Shown here: positions 36,954 to 37,815 of the stretch, piece after piece
Position numbering within the stretch: the first letter of the stretch is position 1
Layout of the letters: each line of letters opens with the position of its first letter
Assembly (NCBI RefSeq): GCF_001194135.2
Contig: NC_068989.1
Span: forward strand, 2,037,473 to 2,075,287
DNA: 37,815 bases
DNA from: Octopus bimaculoides
Lineage: Eukaryota
Direction: 5' to 3'
Made by a program: the position numbers and the translations under genes
Notes under the pieces: generated by a model
What the model was told of the DNA's origin: nothing
What the model saw: the letters and a program-made list of their open reading frames with translations, nothing else
The model's database searches: none

Positions 36954-36994
36954 GTAACTTACAGTCTCTTATTTATTTCTGAAATTGCTTTAAC

Positions 36995-37044
<50 letters not shown>

Positions 37045-37249
37045 GTCTGTCTGTCTGTCTGTCTGTCTGCCTGCCTGTTTATATAGGCGCTCATACACAC
37101 ATTCGGCCATACAAATATGCATGCATATTAAAATATGAATATTAAAATATTGACTGCAGGAAGCATTAGAAACATGATCGACCAGAATAACGCTTTGGCT
37201 AAAGAAAGGTAATGGTTACTCAATGATTATTATTATTATAATACTAATC

Positions 37250-37478
37250 TCTTTATTGCCCACAGGGGCTAAACATAGAGGGGACAAACAAGGGCAGACA
37301 AAGGGATTAAGTCGATTACATCGACTCCCAGTGCGTAACTGGTACTTATTTAATCGACCCCGAAGGAATGAAAGACAAAGTCGACGTTGGCGGAATTTGA
37401 ACTCAGAACGTAAAGACAGACGAAATACCGTTAAGCCTTTCGCCCGGCGTGCTACCGTTTCTACCAGCTCGCCGCCTT
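37250..37478 (-). mobile_element. Family A SINE with an alternative 3' tail
   Basis: Head and body match 33649-33862, but the tail differs (CTTTGTCTGCCCTTGTTTGTCCCCTCTATGTTTAGCCCCTGTGGGCAATAAAG). Confidence 0.85.
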
Positions 37479-37491
37479 GTTGTTGTTGTTG

Positions 37492-37522
<31 letters not shown>

Positions 37523-37526
<4 letters not shown>

Positions 37527-37815
37527 TAGTTTTATTTTTATAACGTGCTTTCACTTCACTACCGAGCGCAGCTCTGTGCGCCTTGGGTATTTGCTGTGGT
37601 GCTCTTATGTTTACTGTATTGAAAGTGTTTTGCGTAGAATGTGTGCAGTACCCAGTAGTGCAATTTTCTGTATGTTATATATATTTGTAAGTCCTGGTGT
37701 TTTTGTTATGTATTTGTCTGAATATTTTTTTATTATACCTAAGGCACCTACTATGATAGGAATTGTTTCTGTTTTTAGATTCCACATTCGAGTTATCTCT
37801 ATTTCCAGGTCTTTG
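37523..37815 (-). mobile_element. R4/Dong non-LTR retrotransposon 3' end abutting (TAA)n; runs off the window
   Basis: Stop-free minus frame from the window edge to TAA at 37611-37613: KDLEIEITRMWNLKTETIPIIVGALGIIKKYSDKYITKTPGLTNIYNIQKIALLGTAHILRKTLSIQ*. The 3' UTR ends at a (TAA)n run (37495-37523). Confidence 0.85.

Overview
AT-rich, microsatellite-dense eukaryotic DNA with 8 N-gaps. The repeat content (several tRNA-derived SINE families, RTE, R4/Dong and Tx1 LINE relics, mariner/maT, Helitron relics) looks like an Octopus/cephalopod genome, which is inference from recognising the repeats, not a database match. One real protein-coding gene can be supported, on the + strand. Its 1.49-kb exon (17648-19138) encodes a signal peptide, near-identical 48-aa Asp/Tyr/Ser-rich repeats, a (YDNDNG)n run, a Gln/Glu-rich tract and the start of a Cys-rich N-glycosylated domain. 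It splices in phase to two small exons I found by eye (27189-27332 and probably 36886-36953). I cannot assign a gene symbol. Other notable items are a structurally complete type I hammerhead ribozyme in sense orientation inside the gene's intron (22248-22298), a degenerate second hammerhead (2763-2828), and R4-clade retrotransposon fragments joined to specific microsatellites ((CATA)n and (TAA)n). Nearly all other ORFs in the track are microsatellite, gap or transposon artefacts.
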